The notes beneath the pieces are model-generated. The model saw only the letters and a list, made by a program, of their open reading frames with translations. It did not search any database and had not been told where the DNA came from. Below are positions 9,546-20,300 of a stretch of DNA of 64,000 nt, piece after piece; the first letter of the stretch is position 1, and every line of letters starts with the position of its first letter. This DNA is from Vulcanimicrobiota bacterium. Its GTDB lineage: Bacteria > Vulcanimicrobiota > Vulcanimicrobiia > Eremiobacterales > Eremiobacteraceae. The position numbers and the translations under genes are program-made. The stretch is from positions 1-64,000 of the forward strand of contig CAWDVP010000005.1 in the NCBI GenBank assembly GCA_963805945.1, read 5' to 3'.

Positions 9546-9940
9546 CGGCTGGAGTGAACGCCGAATACGGCACGCTTCTAAGCGCGAAACGCCCGCACGT
9601 CATCAAGACGGCGAGGGAATACAAGAGCTGCCTCGCTGAGCTGAAGGGACTCATGGAGTCCGAGAGGCTCAGCTCCGCGCAGGAAGAGTATCTCGATCTG
9701 CTTTCTGCGCTGATCGAGAAATACGAAGATGAGCGCTACGAACTCCCGCGCGCCGCGACGCCGGCGGAAGCGCTGCGGGAACTTGTCCGGGCGCGAGACA
9801 TCACCGTGACGGAACTGGGCAGACTGATCAACTCCAAAGGCACGGCGAGCCAGATGCTTTCCGGCGACCGCGCTATCAGCAAAGAGGCCGCGAAACGCTT
9901 CGCCCGATATTTCCACGTTCCGGTGACGTTGTTCTTATAG
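9542..9940 (+). CDS. higA: Antitoxin HigA (HTH)
   Basis: ATGA overlap with higB stop; YLDLL..LIEKYE; C-terminal Xre HTH (SKGTASQML.G.R.IS). Confidence 0.9.
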   Translation: MTAGVNAEYGTLLSAKRPHVIKTAREYKSCLAELKGLMESERLSSAQEEYLDLLSALIEKYEDERYELPRAATPAEALRELVRARDITVTELGRLINSKGTASQMLSGDRAISKEAAKRFARYFHVPVTLFL

Positions 9941-9965
9941 CCAGCCGATGGCGGCGTGGCAGCCG

Positions 9966-11594
9966 CTACGGCAGCTCCCATTGCCACGAGTTCCAGTTCG
10001 GCATGATGCCCACAGACGGGCGATAGCCGGTGAGATCCTGGGTCAGCACGCCGACCCGGTCGCGGAAGAACATCGGCAGCTCCGCCAGGTCGGTCATGCG
10101 CAGCTGCTGGATGCGCGCGTAGAGCGGCTTGCGCTTCGTGCGGTCGTAGATGGCCAGCGCCTCGCGTTCGAGCCGGTCCACCTGCGGATCGCAATAGCGC
10201 GAGTCGTTCGCGCCTGCCGGTGCGAACTGATCGCAGCCGTCGTCCTGCAGCGCTGAGGGATCGTAGTTGACGCTGTAGGTGAACGTCGCGAGGTTGAAGC
10301 GGCCTTGCCGGATCGGCCCGTCGATATTGAACACCATGCCGTACGGGTAGTCCTTGATGATCACTTCGACGCCGATCGCGCGCAGATACGATTGCAGGAT
10401 CGTGTTGAGGTGCTTGCTCGCGTCGCTGCCCGCGGTTCCGACGATGACGAGCGAGAGCCGCTCTCCGTTCTTCGAGCGTATCCCATCGGCGTCGGCCTTC
10501 CAGCCGGCCGCCTCGAGCGTTTGCGCGGCGGCTTTGGGATCGAACGGATAATGCGGCACGTCCGGCGTGTAGCCCCACGACCATTGCGGCAAGAACTCAT
10601 CGGCCAGCACGGCCGCGCCATGGTAGACGTTGCGCGCCAAGGCGCTGCGGTCGATCGCCGCCACCACCGCGCCGCGCACGGCGCGTTCGCGCAACGGTCC
10701 GGTCTGCGTGTTCATGACCATGACGCTCAAGCGCAGGCTGTGCGACTGCGAGACGCGCATCCCTTTGAGCAGGCGATAGCTCGGCAGGTCCGCCGGGCCG
10801 GTGTCGAAATCGGCGTCGATCTCATGCGTCTGAAAGCCGACGATCTCGGTCGACTCGCTCGGCTGCGCCTGGAAGATGATCTTGCGTATCTTCGGCGCGC
10901 CCCGCCAGTAGTGCGGATTCGCGACATAGATGAGCTCGCCGTTATGCACCCATGACTGGACGATGTACGGGCCGGTGCCTACCGGTTTGGCGTTGAGCGG
11001 CGAATGGACGAGATCTTTTTGATCGGCGATGAGGTGCGCCGGCAGCACCGCGATCGGCCCCTCTTGGATGCCGGCGAGGAAGCGAGTCGTCAGCGGCGCG
11101 TAGGGACGGCGCAGGCGCAGCACCGCGGTGTGCTTGTCGGGCTCGTCGATGCGTGCGATGGCCTCATAGCCTTCGCGTATCTGCACCGGGTTGAGCGGGT
11201 TCATGATTTGGCGCCAGGTGGCGACGACGTCGTCTGCGGTGAACGGCTGCCCGTCTTGCCACGTCACGCCTTTGCGCAGATGATAGGTGATCGACAGCCC
11301 GTCCTTGCTGATGTCGCCGTTCTCCGTGCTCGGCACGCGTTCGCACAAGACCGGCACGACATCGCCCTTGTCGTCGAGCTGGACGAGGTACTCGAGCGAA
11401 TAGCTCGCGAGCGCATAGGCGACGTCCGCGCCGGTGAGCATCGGATTGAGCGTCGAGGGGTCGGAGATGTCGGAGATCCTGAGCACGCCCGCCTCGGTGC
11501 GGGCGTGCGGCGTCTGCGTCGAGGTGCTGACCTTGGTGCACCCCGCCGCCGCGATGCACGCGACGGCCAGCACGAGAACGACGCGATGCCACAT
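9966..11594 (-). CDS. Peptide ABC transporter substrate-binding lipoprotein (family 5)
   Basis: Lipobox AAGC; LRKGVTWQDG.PFTADDV; PVGTGPY; ANPHYW. Confidence 0.92.
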   Translation of the reverse strand: MWHRVVLVLAVACIAAAGCTKVSTSTQTPHARTEAGVLRISDISDPSTLNPMLTGADVAYALASYSLEYLVQLDDKGDVVPVLCERVPSTENGDISKDGLSITYHLRKGVTWQDGQPFTADDVVATWRQIMNPLNPVQIREGYEAIARIDEPDKHTAVLRLRRPYAPLTTRFLAGIQEGPIAVLPAHLIADQKDLVHSPLNAKPVGTGPYIVQSWVHNGELIYVANPHYWRGAPKIRKIIFQAQPSESTEIVGFQTHEIDADFDTGPADLPSYRLLKGMRVSQSHSLRLSVMVMNTQTGPLRERAVRGAVVAAIDRSALARNVYHGAAVLADEFLPQWSWGYTPDVPHYPFDPKAAAQTLEAAGWKADADGIRSKNGERLSLVIVGTAGSDASKHLNTILQSYLRAIGVEVIIKDYPYGMVFNIDGPIRQGRFNLATFTYSVNYDPSALQDDGCDQFAPAGANDSRYCDPQVDRLEREALAIYDRTKRKPLYARIQQLRMTDLAELPMFFRDRVGVLTQDLTGYRPSVGIMPNWNSWQWELP

Positions 11595-11656
11595 GGGCTG
11601 GGCGCATTCTGCGGGGCCGCAGAGGGCGCCTGTTGCAAGGGACGGAAACGGGCGGC

Positions 11657-12850
11657 ATGGTCGACTTCGAATTGACGTCCGAGCAGGTCTTGCTCGCCGA
11701 CACGCTGCGCACGTACCTCGCCGACCAATTGCTGCCCGACGTGGCGCGCTGCGACAGCGCGGGCACGCCCCTGCCCAACGCGTTCGCCAAGCTCGCCAAG
11801 ATCGGCATCGTCGGCCTGCCGTTCCCGGAGCAGTACGGCGGTGCTGGCCTCGACTACGTCAGCCTCGGCCTGGCCTGCGAGGAGCTCGAATACTGCGACA
11901 CCTCGCTGCGCACCATGATGTCGGTGCACATCGGCCTGGCGGCCGGCGGCATCTATCAATGGGGCAGCGAGGAGCAGAAACAGCGGCTGCTGCGACCGCT
12001 CGCGGCCGGCGAGAAGCTCGGCGCGTTCGGACTCACCGAACCGGATGCCGGCTCCGACGTCGGCGCGCTCACCTCGACGGCGCGGCGCGACGGAGATTCC
12101 TACATCCTCAACGGGGCAAAGATCTGGATCTCGTGCGCCACGCAAGCCGACACGTTCTTGGTCTTCGTCAAGACCGCGCCCGACAAGGGCAAGCACGGCA
12201 TCAGCGCGTTCGTCATCGAGCGCGAGAGCGCGGGATCCGGGCTGCATTCCTTTTCGCTCCACGACAAGTACGGCGTGCGTGCGGGCGACACCGGCGGCTT
12301 GTCCTTCGCCGATCTGCGCGTGCCCGCCGCGAACCGTTTGGGAGAGGAAGGCGAAGGCTTCTACATCGCCATGACGTGCCTGGAGAACGGCCGCTTCACG
12401 GTCGCCTCGGGCGCGACCGGCTTGATCCGCGCCTGCCTCGACGCATCGGTCAAATACGCCAAGGAGCGGCGCACGTTCGGCGTCGAGATCGGCAAGCATC
12501 AATTGGTGCAAGAGATGATCGCGGGCATGGTGCGCTCGTACGAGACCTCGCGGCTGCTGTATCTGCGCGCGGGCTGGCTCAAGAACAAGGGCCGGCGCAA
12601 CACGCGCGAGACGGCGCTCGCCAAATGGCACGCCACGGACGCCGCCAATCGGGCCGCCGATGACGCCATGCAGATCCACGGCGCGTACGGCTTCTCTGAC
12701 GAATATCCGATCGCGCGTTTCCTGCGCAACTCGCGCGGCAGCATTATCTACGAAGGGACGCGCGAAGTCCAGAAGATCATGCAGGCCGAGTACGCGTTGG
12801 GCTACAGAAAGGATAAGGCTCCGCGCTGCGAACTCCCCCCGCACACATAA
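11657..12850 (+). CDS. Acyl-CoA dehydrogenase
   Basis: MVDFELT; FGLTEPDAGSD; LNGAKIWIS; QIHGAYG; IYEGT. Confidence 0.93.
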   Translation: MVDFELTSEQVLLADTLRTYLADQLLPDVARCDSAGTPLPNAFAKLAKIGIVGLPFPEQYGGAGLDYVSLGLACEELEYCDTSLRTMMSVHIGLAAGGIYQWGSEEQKQRLLRPLAAGEKLGAFGLTEPDAGSDVGALTSTARRDGDSYILNGAKIWISCATQADTFLVFVKTAPDKGKHGISAFVIERESAGSGLHSFSLHDKYGVRAGDTGGLSFADLRVPAANRLGEEGEGFYIAMTCLENGRFTVASGATGLIRACLDASVKYAKERRTFGVEIGKHQLVQEMIAGMVRSYETSRLLYLRAGWLKNKGRRNTRETALAKWHATDAANRAADDAMQIHGAYGFSDEYPIARFLRNSRGSIIYEGTREVQKIMQAEYALGYRKDKAPRCELPPHT

Positions 12851-12852
12851 AG

Positions 12853-12880
12853 ATGTAGGGGCCGACCTTTAGGTCGGCCC
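12853..12880 (+). repeat. REP-like hairpin (ATGTAG + 9-bp stem + TTTA loop)
   Basis: ATGTAG GGGCCGACC TTTA GGTCGGCCC, intergenic. Confidence 0.7.
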
Positions 12881-12893
12881 TTTAGGAGACGAC

Positions 12894-13747
12894 ATGCCAG
12901 AGATCAAGAAGGTCGGCGTCTGCGGCTGCGGACTCATGGGTTCCGGCATCGCGCAGGTCGCGGCGACTGCCGGCTACGAGGTCGTCGTGCTCGAAGCGGT
13001 GCAAGCCGCGCTCGACCGCGGCATGGCCGGCATCAAGAAATCGCTCGACAAGTTCGTCGAAAAGGGGTCGCTCAAGGCCGAGGATCGCGACGCGGCGCTC
13101 AAGCGGCTGACCACCACGACCAAGCTGGAAGACCTCAAGGACTGCGACCTCGTCATCGAGGCGATCGTCGAGAACATGCCGGCCAAGCGCGAGCTGTTCG
13201 GCGCGCTCGACGCATTGCTCGCACCGCATGCGATCATCTGCTCGAACACGTCGAGCCTCTGCGTCATCGAGATGGCCGCCGCGACGAAGCGGCCCAAGAA
13301 CGTCGCCGGCTTGCACTTCTTCAATCCCGTGCCGCTCATGAAGCTGGTCGAAGTCGTGAAGACGATCGTGACGAGCCAAGAGACCATCGACGCGCTCTAC
13401 GGCTTCGTCAAGAAGACCGGCAAGACGCCGATCCTCGCGCAAGACACGCCTGGCTTCATCGTCAACCGGCTGCTCGTGCCGTATCTGCTCTACGCCATCC
13501 GCGCCTACGAGCAGGGCCTCGCCAGCAAAGAAGACATCGACAAAGGCATGAAGCTCGGCTGCGGCTACCCGATGGGTCCGCTCACGCTGCTCGACTTCGT
13601 CGGACTGGACACGACGTATTTCATCGCCGAGATCATGTTCGACGAGTTCAAAGACCCGATGTTCGGCCGCCGCCGCTGCTCAAGCGCATGGTGTTGGCGG
13701 GCCATCACGGGCGCAAGTCCGGCAAAGGGTTCTACGATTATACCTAA
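12894..13747 (+). CDS. hbd: 3-hydroxybutyryl-CoA/3-hydroxyacyl-CoA dehydrogenase (frameshift near 13665)
   Basis: [33 protein letters not shown]; the C-terminus [24 protein letters not shown] is in another frame, stop at 13745-13747. Confidence 0.88.
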
Positions 13748-13754
13748 CGCGTTC

Positions 13755-14540
13755 GCGTATCACGAAACTCTCTTGACCGATGCGACGGCCCGGTGGCCGT
13801 CGTCACCATCAACCGCCCGAAGGTGCTCAACGCGCTCAATGAGACCGTGCTCTCCGAACTCTCCAAGGCTTTCGACGAGCTCGAGGCCGACAAGAGCGTG
13901 CGCGCGGTGGTCATCACCGGCGCCGGCGAGCGCGCCTTTGTGGCGGGCGCGGACATCGGCGAATCAGCGGCGCTGCCTGACGCCGCCGCTGGCACGAAGA
14001 AGGCCAAGGCGGGCCACCACGTCACGCACAAGATCGAGCATGCGCACCTGCCGGTCGTCATGGCGATCAACGGCTTCGCTCTGGGCGGCGGGCTCGAACT
14101 CGCGATGGCCGGCGACATCCGCATCATGTCGAGCGCAGCGAAAGTCGGCCAGCCGGAGGTCAATCTCGGCATCGATCGCGGGTTTCGGCGGTTCGCAGCG
14201 GCTGCCGCGACTCGTGGGCCAGGGGATGGCGTCGTATCTTCTTCTCTCGGGCGAGATGATCGGCGCCGACGAGGCAAAACAGGCGAACCTCGTGGAAAAA
14301 GTCGTCGCGCCGGACCAGCTGCTTGCGGAGGCCAAGCGCATCGCGCATGTGATCGCGTCGAAAGGGCCGCTCGCGGTCGCTGCCACCAAGCGCTTGATCC
14401 ACAAAGGCATGCAGACCGATCTACACTCCGCGCTCGATCTCGAAGCCGAAGAGTTCGGCAAGATCGCCGCCACCGCCGATGCCAAGGAAGGCACCAAGGC
14501 CTTCCTCGAGAAGCGCCCGGCGAATTTCAGCGGCCGCTGA
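13755..14540 (+). CDS. crt: Enoyl-CoA hydratase/crotonase (frameshifts near 13792 and 14174; start uncertain)
   Basis: YHETLLTD/RDGPVAVVTINRPKVLNALN, AFVAGADI, GFALGGGLEL, QPEVNLG/IAGFGGSQRLPRL, EGTKAFLEKR, read across three frames. Confidence 0.82.
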   Translation, partial: AYHETLLTDATARWPSSPSTARRCSTRSMRPCSPNSPRLSTSSRPTRACARWSSPAPASAPLWRARTSANQRRCLTPPLARRRPRRATTSRTRSSMRTCRSSWRSTASLWAAGSNSRWPATSASCRAQRKSASRRSISASIAGFGGSQRLPRLVGQGMASYLLLSGEMIGADEAKQANLVEKVVAPDQLLAEAKRIAHVIASKGPLAVAATKRLIHKGMQTDLHSALDLEAEEFGKIAATADAKEGTKAFLEKRPANFSGR

Positions 14541-14565
14541 GAGGCTCCGCGAAAGGATCACCACC

Positions 14566-15462
14566 ATGACACCCGCGTCCGATGCATGGCCCGCGATGCC
14601 GCTCGACAGCTGGCGTGACACCTGCGACACGCTGCACCTCTATTTGCAGATCCCCGGCAAGATCCGCCTTGCCCTTGCACCGCACGAGCCGCAGTGGGGT
14701 CACGTGACTCTCTTTGTGACCGCGCGAGGATTGACGACAGGCCCCATGCCGTACGAGGATCGTCAAGTAGAGATCACGTTCGATTTCATCTGGCAAAAGG
14801 TCGTCATCGCCGCGAGCGACGGCAAGGCTGCATTCGTCGATCTCGAGCCGCGCAGCGTCGCCGCGTTCTACGCGGACATGATGAAGGCGCTCCGCGACTG
14901 CGGTGTCGATGTGAAGATCTCCGACGTGCCCCAAGAAGTGCCTGACCCGATCCCCTTCGCACGGGACGAGACGCACAAGGCCTACGACCGCGCGGCGATA
15001 GCGCGCTTCTGGCGCGTTCTCACGAGCATCGATATGGTGTTCACGGCGCATCGCGCTCCCTTCAAAGGCCGGCACACGCCGGTGCAGATGTGGTGGGGCT
15101 CGTTCGATCTCGGCTACACGCGCTTCAACGGGCGCCCGATGCCGCCGCCGCCGGGCGCAAACCTGCTCGTGCGCGAGGGCATGGGCGCGGAAGAGATCAA
15201 CGCCGGCTTTTGGCCCGGCGATGCAAGGTTCCCTGAGGCGGCCTTCTTCAGCTACACGTTGCCGAAGCCTGACGGCATCGACGCCGCGTCCATCAAGCCG
15301 AAGGAGGCGTTTTGGAGCAAGGAGCTCGGTGAGTTCCTCTTGCGCTATGAAGACGTGCGGCGCGCGCCGTCACCGCGCCAGGCACTCCTCGACTTCCTCT
15401 CGAGCACGTACGACGCGGGCGCGGCGCTCAACAAGTGGGATCCTGCGCTGAAGGGGAACTAG
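14566..15462 (+). CDS. DUF5996 family protein
   Basis: W..T..TLHLY.QI.GKIRL, WGHVTL.VTARGLTT, WGSFDL, GFWPG, GEFLL.YEDVR. Confidence 0.85.
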   Translation: MTPASDAWPAMPLDSWRDTCDTLHLYLQIPGKIRLALAPHEPQWGHVTLFVTARGLTTGPMPYEDRQVEITFDFIWQKVVIAASDGKAAFVDLEPRSVAAFYADMMKALRDCGVDVKISDVPQEVPDPIPFARDETHKAYDRAAIARFWRVLTSIDMVFTAHRAPFKGRHTPVQMWWGSFDLGYTRFNGRPMPPPPGANLLVREGMGAEEINAGFWPGDARFPEAAFFSYTLPKPDGIDAASIKPKEAFWSKELGEFLLRYEDVRRAPSPRQALLDFLSSTYDAGAALNKWDPALKGN

Positions 15463-15502
15463 GCTCTCCCTAACCCGAAGCAAGACTGTAAGGAGAATAC
15501 CT

Positions 15503-16090
15503 ATGAGAACCATCGTTTCGATGCTCGCGGTTTTCGCATTTGCGGCAGTCTTCATAGCGGCGATCGCGCAGGCCGCAGACGTCGTGTATCTTTCTGATCT
15601 ACCTTTCAAGTCGTCCGGGCTGAAGGGCAACCCCAGCGGCGGTTATTATGACGGGATCCGCGTGAACAGCCACGAGACGATCCTCACGAACACAGGCTCC
15701 CAAGCCAACCAGTGGGAGCGCCCCACCCAGATCAATGGACAAGCATATGACAAGAGCCTGCTGTTCCACGTGGTCAAGGATGAAACCGTCACGGCGACGT
15801 GGTCGCTCAGTCACAAGTTCACCAAGTTGACCGCGATGATCGGCCTTGACGATACCCAAGACATACCGGGTATCTACCCGCTCATCACGGTCAATTTCAT
15901 CGGTGACGGCAAACCGCTCGGCAGCGCCTCGATCCAGTCGGTGTTTGGGAAACCGAATCCGACGCCGAGCGTCGACATCGACGTGACGGGTGTCAATTCG
16001 CTGACGGTCGCGATCGCCTTCAAGGGCACCGGCGGCGGCACCAACGTCGACATCGTCAATCCGGAGCTGCAACCGGTCAGCGGCCAGTAG
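15503..16090 (+). CDS. Secreted NPCBM/NEW2 domain protein
   Basis: Signal peptide; VYLSDL, I.G..YDK, F.....GLDD, V.F.GDGK, DIDVTGV..L. Confidence 0.75.
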   Translation: MRTIVSMLAVFAFAAVFIAAIAQAADVVYLSDLPFKSSGLKGNPSGGYYDGIRVNSHETILTNTGSQANQWERPTQINGQAYDKSLLFHVVKDETVTATWSLSHKFTKLTAMIGLDDTQDIPGIYPLITVNFIGDGKPLGSASIQSVFGKPNPTPSVDIDVTGVNSLTVAIAFKGTGGGTNVDIVNPELQPVSGQ

Positions 16091-16094
16091 TCCG

Positions 16095-16787
16095 ATGAAC
16101 AAGAGAAACTGGACGATGCTCTGCGGCTTCGCGTGCGCGCTCGTTGTCGTTTTTGGGACATCTCTTGCTCGCACGGCGCCGACGCTGCCACCTCCGGTGC
16201 CCGTGCCGTTGGTCTCGCCGCCCACGTCTAGCCCCGTGCCGTTGCTCCAACAAGGCTGGAGCCATGTCCAATCCTATCACGGCACATTTTCGGGTACCGT
16301 CTACGGACCGGACGGGATCGTGCAACATCGCGTGCGCGCAACTGGTTTGATGATCACGGGCTATACAGCAGAGGTCTACAGCGAGCCATGGGACATAGAA
16401 TATCATGGGTACGCTCACGTAGTTGATGACGTGAACGATGGGAGTTGCGGAACCGGAACGGGTTCCGCCGACACCCAAGTTCGGCTCGTCGTGAACCTCC
16501 AGAAACATACGTATTATCTGAATACGGGGGGCATCGGCTTCATCACGCTGCACGGCGGCCATAGGACGCCGACGAATGCGTGCACACCCACTACCTCCAG
16601 CAACAGCGGTTTTGCTCTGACCACCAAGCTTCCAGCCCCCGCCCAAGGCATCTGCGGTACCTACACCGTTCCAGAGAACTACACGTGGACTTGGAAGCTC
16701 ACGCCGACGATGAACGACCATGAGACCATCAAGGTGCGCTGCGTGACCGTGCATTTGCCGAAGAACACGGGCGATACCGAGATATAA
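16095..16787 (+). CDS. Hypothetical secreted protein
   Basis: Signal peptide, Pro-rich linker, four Cys in mature part; follows upstream gene after 4 nt. Confidence 0.65.
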   Translation: MNKRNWTMLCGFACALVVVFGTSLARTAPTLPPPVPVPLVSPPTSSPVPLLQQGWSHVQSYHGTFSGTVYGPDGIVQHRVRATGLMITGYTAEVYSEPWDIEYHGYAHVVDDVNDGSCGTGTGSADTQVRLVVNLQKHTYYLNTGGIGFITLHGGHRTPTNACTPTTSSNSGFALTTKLPAPAQGICGTYTVPENYTWTWKLTPTMNDHETIKVRCVTVHLPKNTGDTEI

Positions 16788-16840
16788 GCATTCGCTTCAG
16801 AAAGATCGACCGGACGTATCAGGAGTCGATTCACTAACGC

Positions 16841-17326
16841 CTAGGGCGCGCGACGAATCGTCTCAGACGGGACGACGTTGATCGTGCATGCCCGAAGGAA
16901 CGTGATCGCCAGCACCGCCACCTCCGGCGGAGGAGGGGGGCCTTGATTCGCGCCCGGGGCAGGCGTCGGTACGTTGATCCCGACCTGCCCATTGGGAGCC
17001 AACCCCTGCGCGAACGTATAGACGCCGCTGTGGCCGATGAAGTTCACGTCGCTGCCGCCGATCACAGCAGAGCTCTTCGGGACATCCCATTTCGCTGAGG
17101 TCCCGGCGGGCACCGGCCCCTTGCCGAAATTGGCGAGGATGACTTGTTTGTCGCCATACCCGGCGCACGAGAGCTTGAAGGGCGGCGGGAGGGCTTGCTG
17201 CACGTGATATGTCGATGGATTGGTCGCGTTGCTCGTCGCGCCCAGCGCGTTGGTCCCCACCAGCACTGACGACGCGAGCACGAGCATGGCGGCGGTGGTC
17301 GTCGCCCGAGACAGATCTACTTTCAT
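16841..17326 (-). CDS. Hypothetical secreted protein
   Basis: Signal peptide MKVDL...ALG; AAGAGGA RBS; directly downstream of the large metalloprotease-like gene. Confidence 0.65.
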   Translation of the reverse strand: MKVDLSRATTTAAMLVLASSVLVGTNALGATSNATNPSTYHVQQALPPPFKLSCAGYGDKQVILANFGKGPVPAGTSAKWDVPKSSAVIGGSDVNFIGHSGVYTFAQGLAPNGQVGINVPTPAPGANQGPPPPPEVAVLAITFLRACTINVVPSETIRRAP

Positions 17327-17340
17327 GGGTTCATCCTCTT

Positions 17341-20300
17341 TCAATTGCCCGTTGGCCGCGTTCGCACGGGTTCCATCGGATGCGTCAGCGGTGGCGGCGT
17401 CGCGCCCGGCGGCAAGCGGCGTATGACGAGCGTCGACACATTCGTCATGCCGTTCGCCTCAAGGCGCATCACGATCATCGCGGGGCCGTTGCCTGGTCTC
17501 ACCGGCACCTCGAGTTGCTGCGGTTGTCGCGTGAGCGAGAAGTGCTTGCCCGCGACGAACAGCGTCGCTGGGATCGTAGTCGAGGCGCTCAAGCGCACCA
17601 GCTCCACCGTCGTCAGCAGACTCGCCGGCGGTTTGAGCTGCACGAACATCGGCTTCACCGGTAGCGAGGTGATGCTGACGTTCGCCGTCGAGATGCGTCC
17701 TCGACCATCGCGCGCGCGCAACTCGATCTTGTGCGGACCAGGCCTGAGGATGGAGACAGACGCGCGCGGGCCTTCGCCCACAACGCGACCGTCGACGAGC
17801 CACGTCAGCGATTTGGCGGTCAGCGGCGAGGGTGCGTTGTCGAACCCCGTTCCCTTGAGGTAGATCAACGCGTCGTGACGGAAGCGGCGCCCGTTCGCCG
17901 GCTCGAAGATACGCACGTACGGCGCACCGCCCGTCGTCGTCAGCGCGCCCGAAGCGACCGCCGTTTCGTTGAACCCGTCGTTGATGCGCACGCGTATGCG
18001 CGCGTGCCCTGGGGCAGAGTCGGCGAAGAGCAGGCTCGGGACGTTCGCCCTCCCCTTATCCGGGCCCGAGTAGATCTCGCGCCATGAGGCGCCGCCGTCC
18101 ACCGACATATCGATGGACACGCTCGACTCGGCTCCCTCGCCGTGCGACGCCCACGTGATCAGCGTGCGCCCGGCGGCGCGCGGCGAACCCGCGGCGCCTC
18201 CGCGGCGCGGGTGCGCATTCATGGCGTTGCTCGATGCGGCCGTCACGCCGATGGTGACGGACTCGCGCGGGTTGAGGATGTTGACGGTCGGCGGATGCAG
18301 CGGCCGCAAGCGGCTTGCGACGACCTTGCCGGACTGCACGATCTGGACCTGGCTCGCCGCGCCGCCGGGCACCACCGCATAGAACGTGGTAACGCCCTGC
18401 GCACTGCCTCGTTGCGTTCCCGGATCGACGTGGAGTTGGGCGGTGACCATCGGAGTCTCACTGAGCGCCTGCCCGACCGCCCCCGTGAAGCGCACGCGGA
18501 TCGCCGAGGAGCTCGCGCCGACCTCCTGTGACACGCCTTCGGGCGCGGGTCCGACATGCGTGATGACCGCTCTGCCTTGGTAGACGTAGCCGTGCACGAC
18601 CATCAGCCCGACGGCGCCTCGTACTCCCGATCGAGAGGGCGGCGTGCCATTCCCGTTATGCGCGCGCGCCAGGCCACGTGAAGAGACATCGTCTACCGCG
18701 AAGGGATCGAGCAGCGCGACCACGTCGTACGCCGGCGGCTCGGGCGCCATCGACAGATTGGTCCCCATGATCTCCTGCCAGCCTTTGGCGGAGATCCACA
18801 CCTGGGCCGAGTCGACCGCAATGGACCCTTGGAGAAACGCGCCGGCGCAGTACGACATGAAATCATGCCACACGGGCGTCGAGGCGACGCCATTGGTATT
18901 CGCCTTGATCGTGCGCGGCGCTTGGCTCGAGACGTCGATGCCGATCGAATCCATGTCGCCGCTGTCGCCGTTGTCGACCGACTCGTCGACCGGCCACGAT
19001 TCGAAGGGACCGTTCGAGGGATCCGCACCGCAATCGGACGAGGCGTGCTTGCGGCCCAACGAGTGTCCGAACTCGTGCGCGACCGACGTCAGGTAGCGCG
19101 TCTGGTTGACGACGCTGTGCGAGCGGCCTCTGGAAATCGTCATATCGCCGTTGTCGTCGTTCGCGTCGCTCATCCCGATGTCGCTGTCGGCTGGGATGCC
19201 CGAGATGATGCCGACGGTGTATTGGCCGAAGTGGTGGTTGTTATGATTGTTATCCCAATCCACCACGCGCCCGAGCGCTTCGCTCGCCTTGTCGGTGCGC
19301 GATTTGCCGTCATTGTAGATGTCGATCATCTCGATGTCGTCGACGTACGGGAACACCGTGATGTCCAGCGGCAGCACGTTCATCGCCGAGGCGTAGGCGA
19401 CGTCCGGCGGCCCCGGCAGATAGCCGGTCATGTTCGCGATGAGCGGCGCGATGCCGATCGCTATGCTCTGATGGAAGCTGATGCCCGAGACCGCGACCTC
19501 CTCCAGCTGGAGGCACGTCGGCGTGCTGCACGCCGCGTCGGTGGGCGTGTCGAAGCTCTGCTGCACCTGCGGCACGGCGACAGCGCGCAGCGTGATGGTG
19601 CCTTGCGTCCACGCGTCGGGCAGAGTGAACTCCCACGGCAAGCCGCTCGTGTCGACCCGCTGCGCGTAGGACACATCGTACGTGGTCGTGTTCGCGAAGC
19701 CGGGCGCCGAGCCGGTGTTGTCGGGCAGGATCGGGTTCATGCCGGGCAGCAGCTGGCCGTTCGAGTTGTAGCCGTAGAGCGCGACGTTGGGCGTCGTGGC
19801 GGTGCTGATGCCGACGCCTTCCACGAACACGCGCGCGATCGTCTTGTGACCGGCGGAGAGCAGCACGCCGCCGTACGGCAACGGCTGCGCCAACGTCCCT
19901 AACGCCGGATTGTACGGCACGCGATTGGGGATGGTGAGGCCCTGGACTCCCTGCGTCACCTCGATCGACTGCGCCACGACGCTGTAGTTGCCCGCGACGG
20001 TGAGCGGGATGACCACCGAACGCGGTGCGCTGCCGGCGCTCGCGTCGAGCGGCGTGCCGGTGATGGTGATGGGGATGTCGGTGACGGGCGGCGCGTTGGA
20101 GCTCACGTTGATCGTGAGGACCACATCGCTTTGCAGGCTCGATCCGGTCGCCGGCTGCGGCGAGAACGACGCCGAGACGCCCACCGGCAGTCCGCTCGCC
20201 GAGAACTGGATCCGCCCGTTCGATCCGCCGAAACGGGTGAGGCCGATATACCCGGTCCCTGCGTTGCCCGGCGCCGCGCCGACGTCAAGGCCGCCGAAGA

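Noticed and set aside
12894..14540. 548-aa dehydrogenase-hydratase fusion ORF
   Set aside because: The middle is out-of-frame nonsense; compensating frameshifts join two separate genes (hbd has its own stop at 13745-13747)
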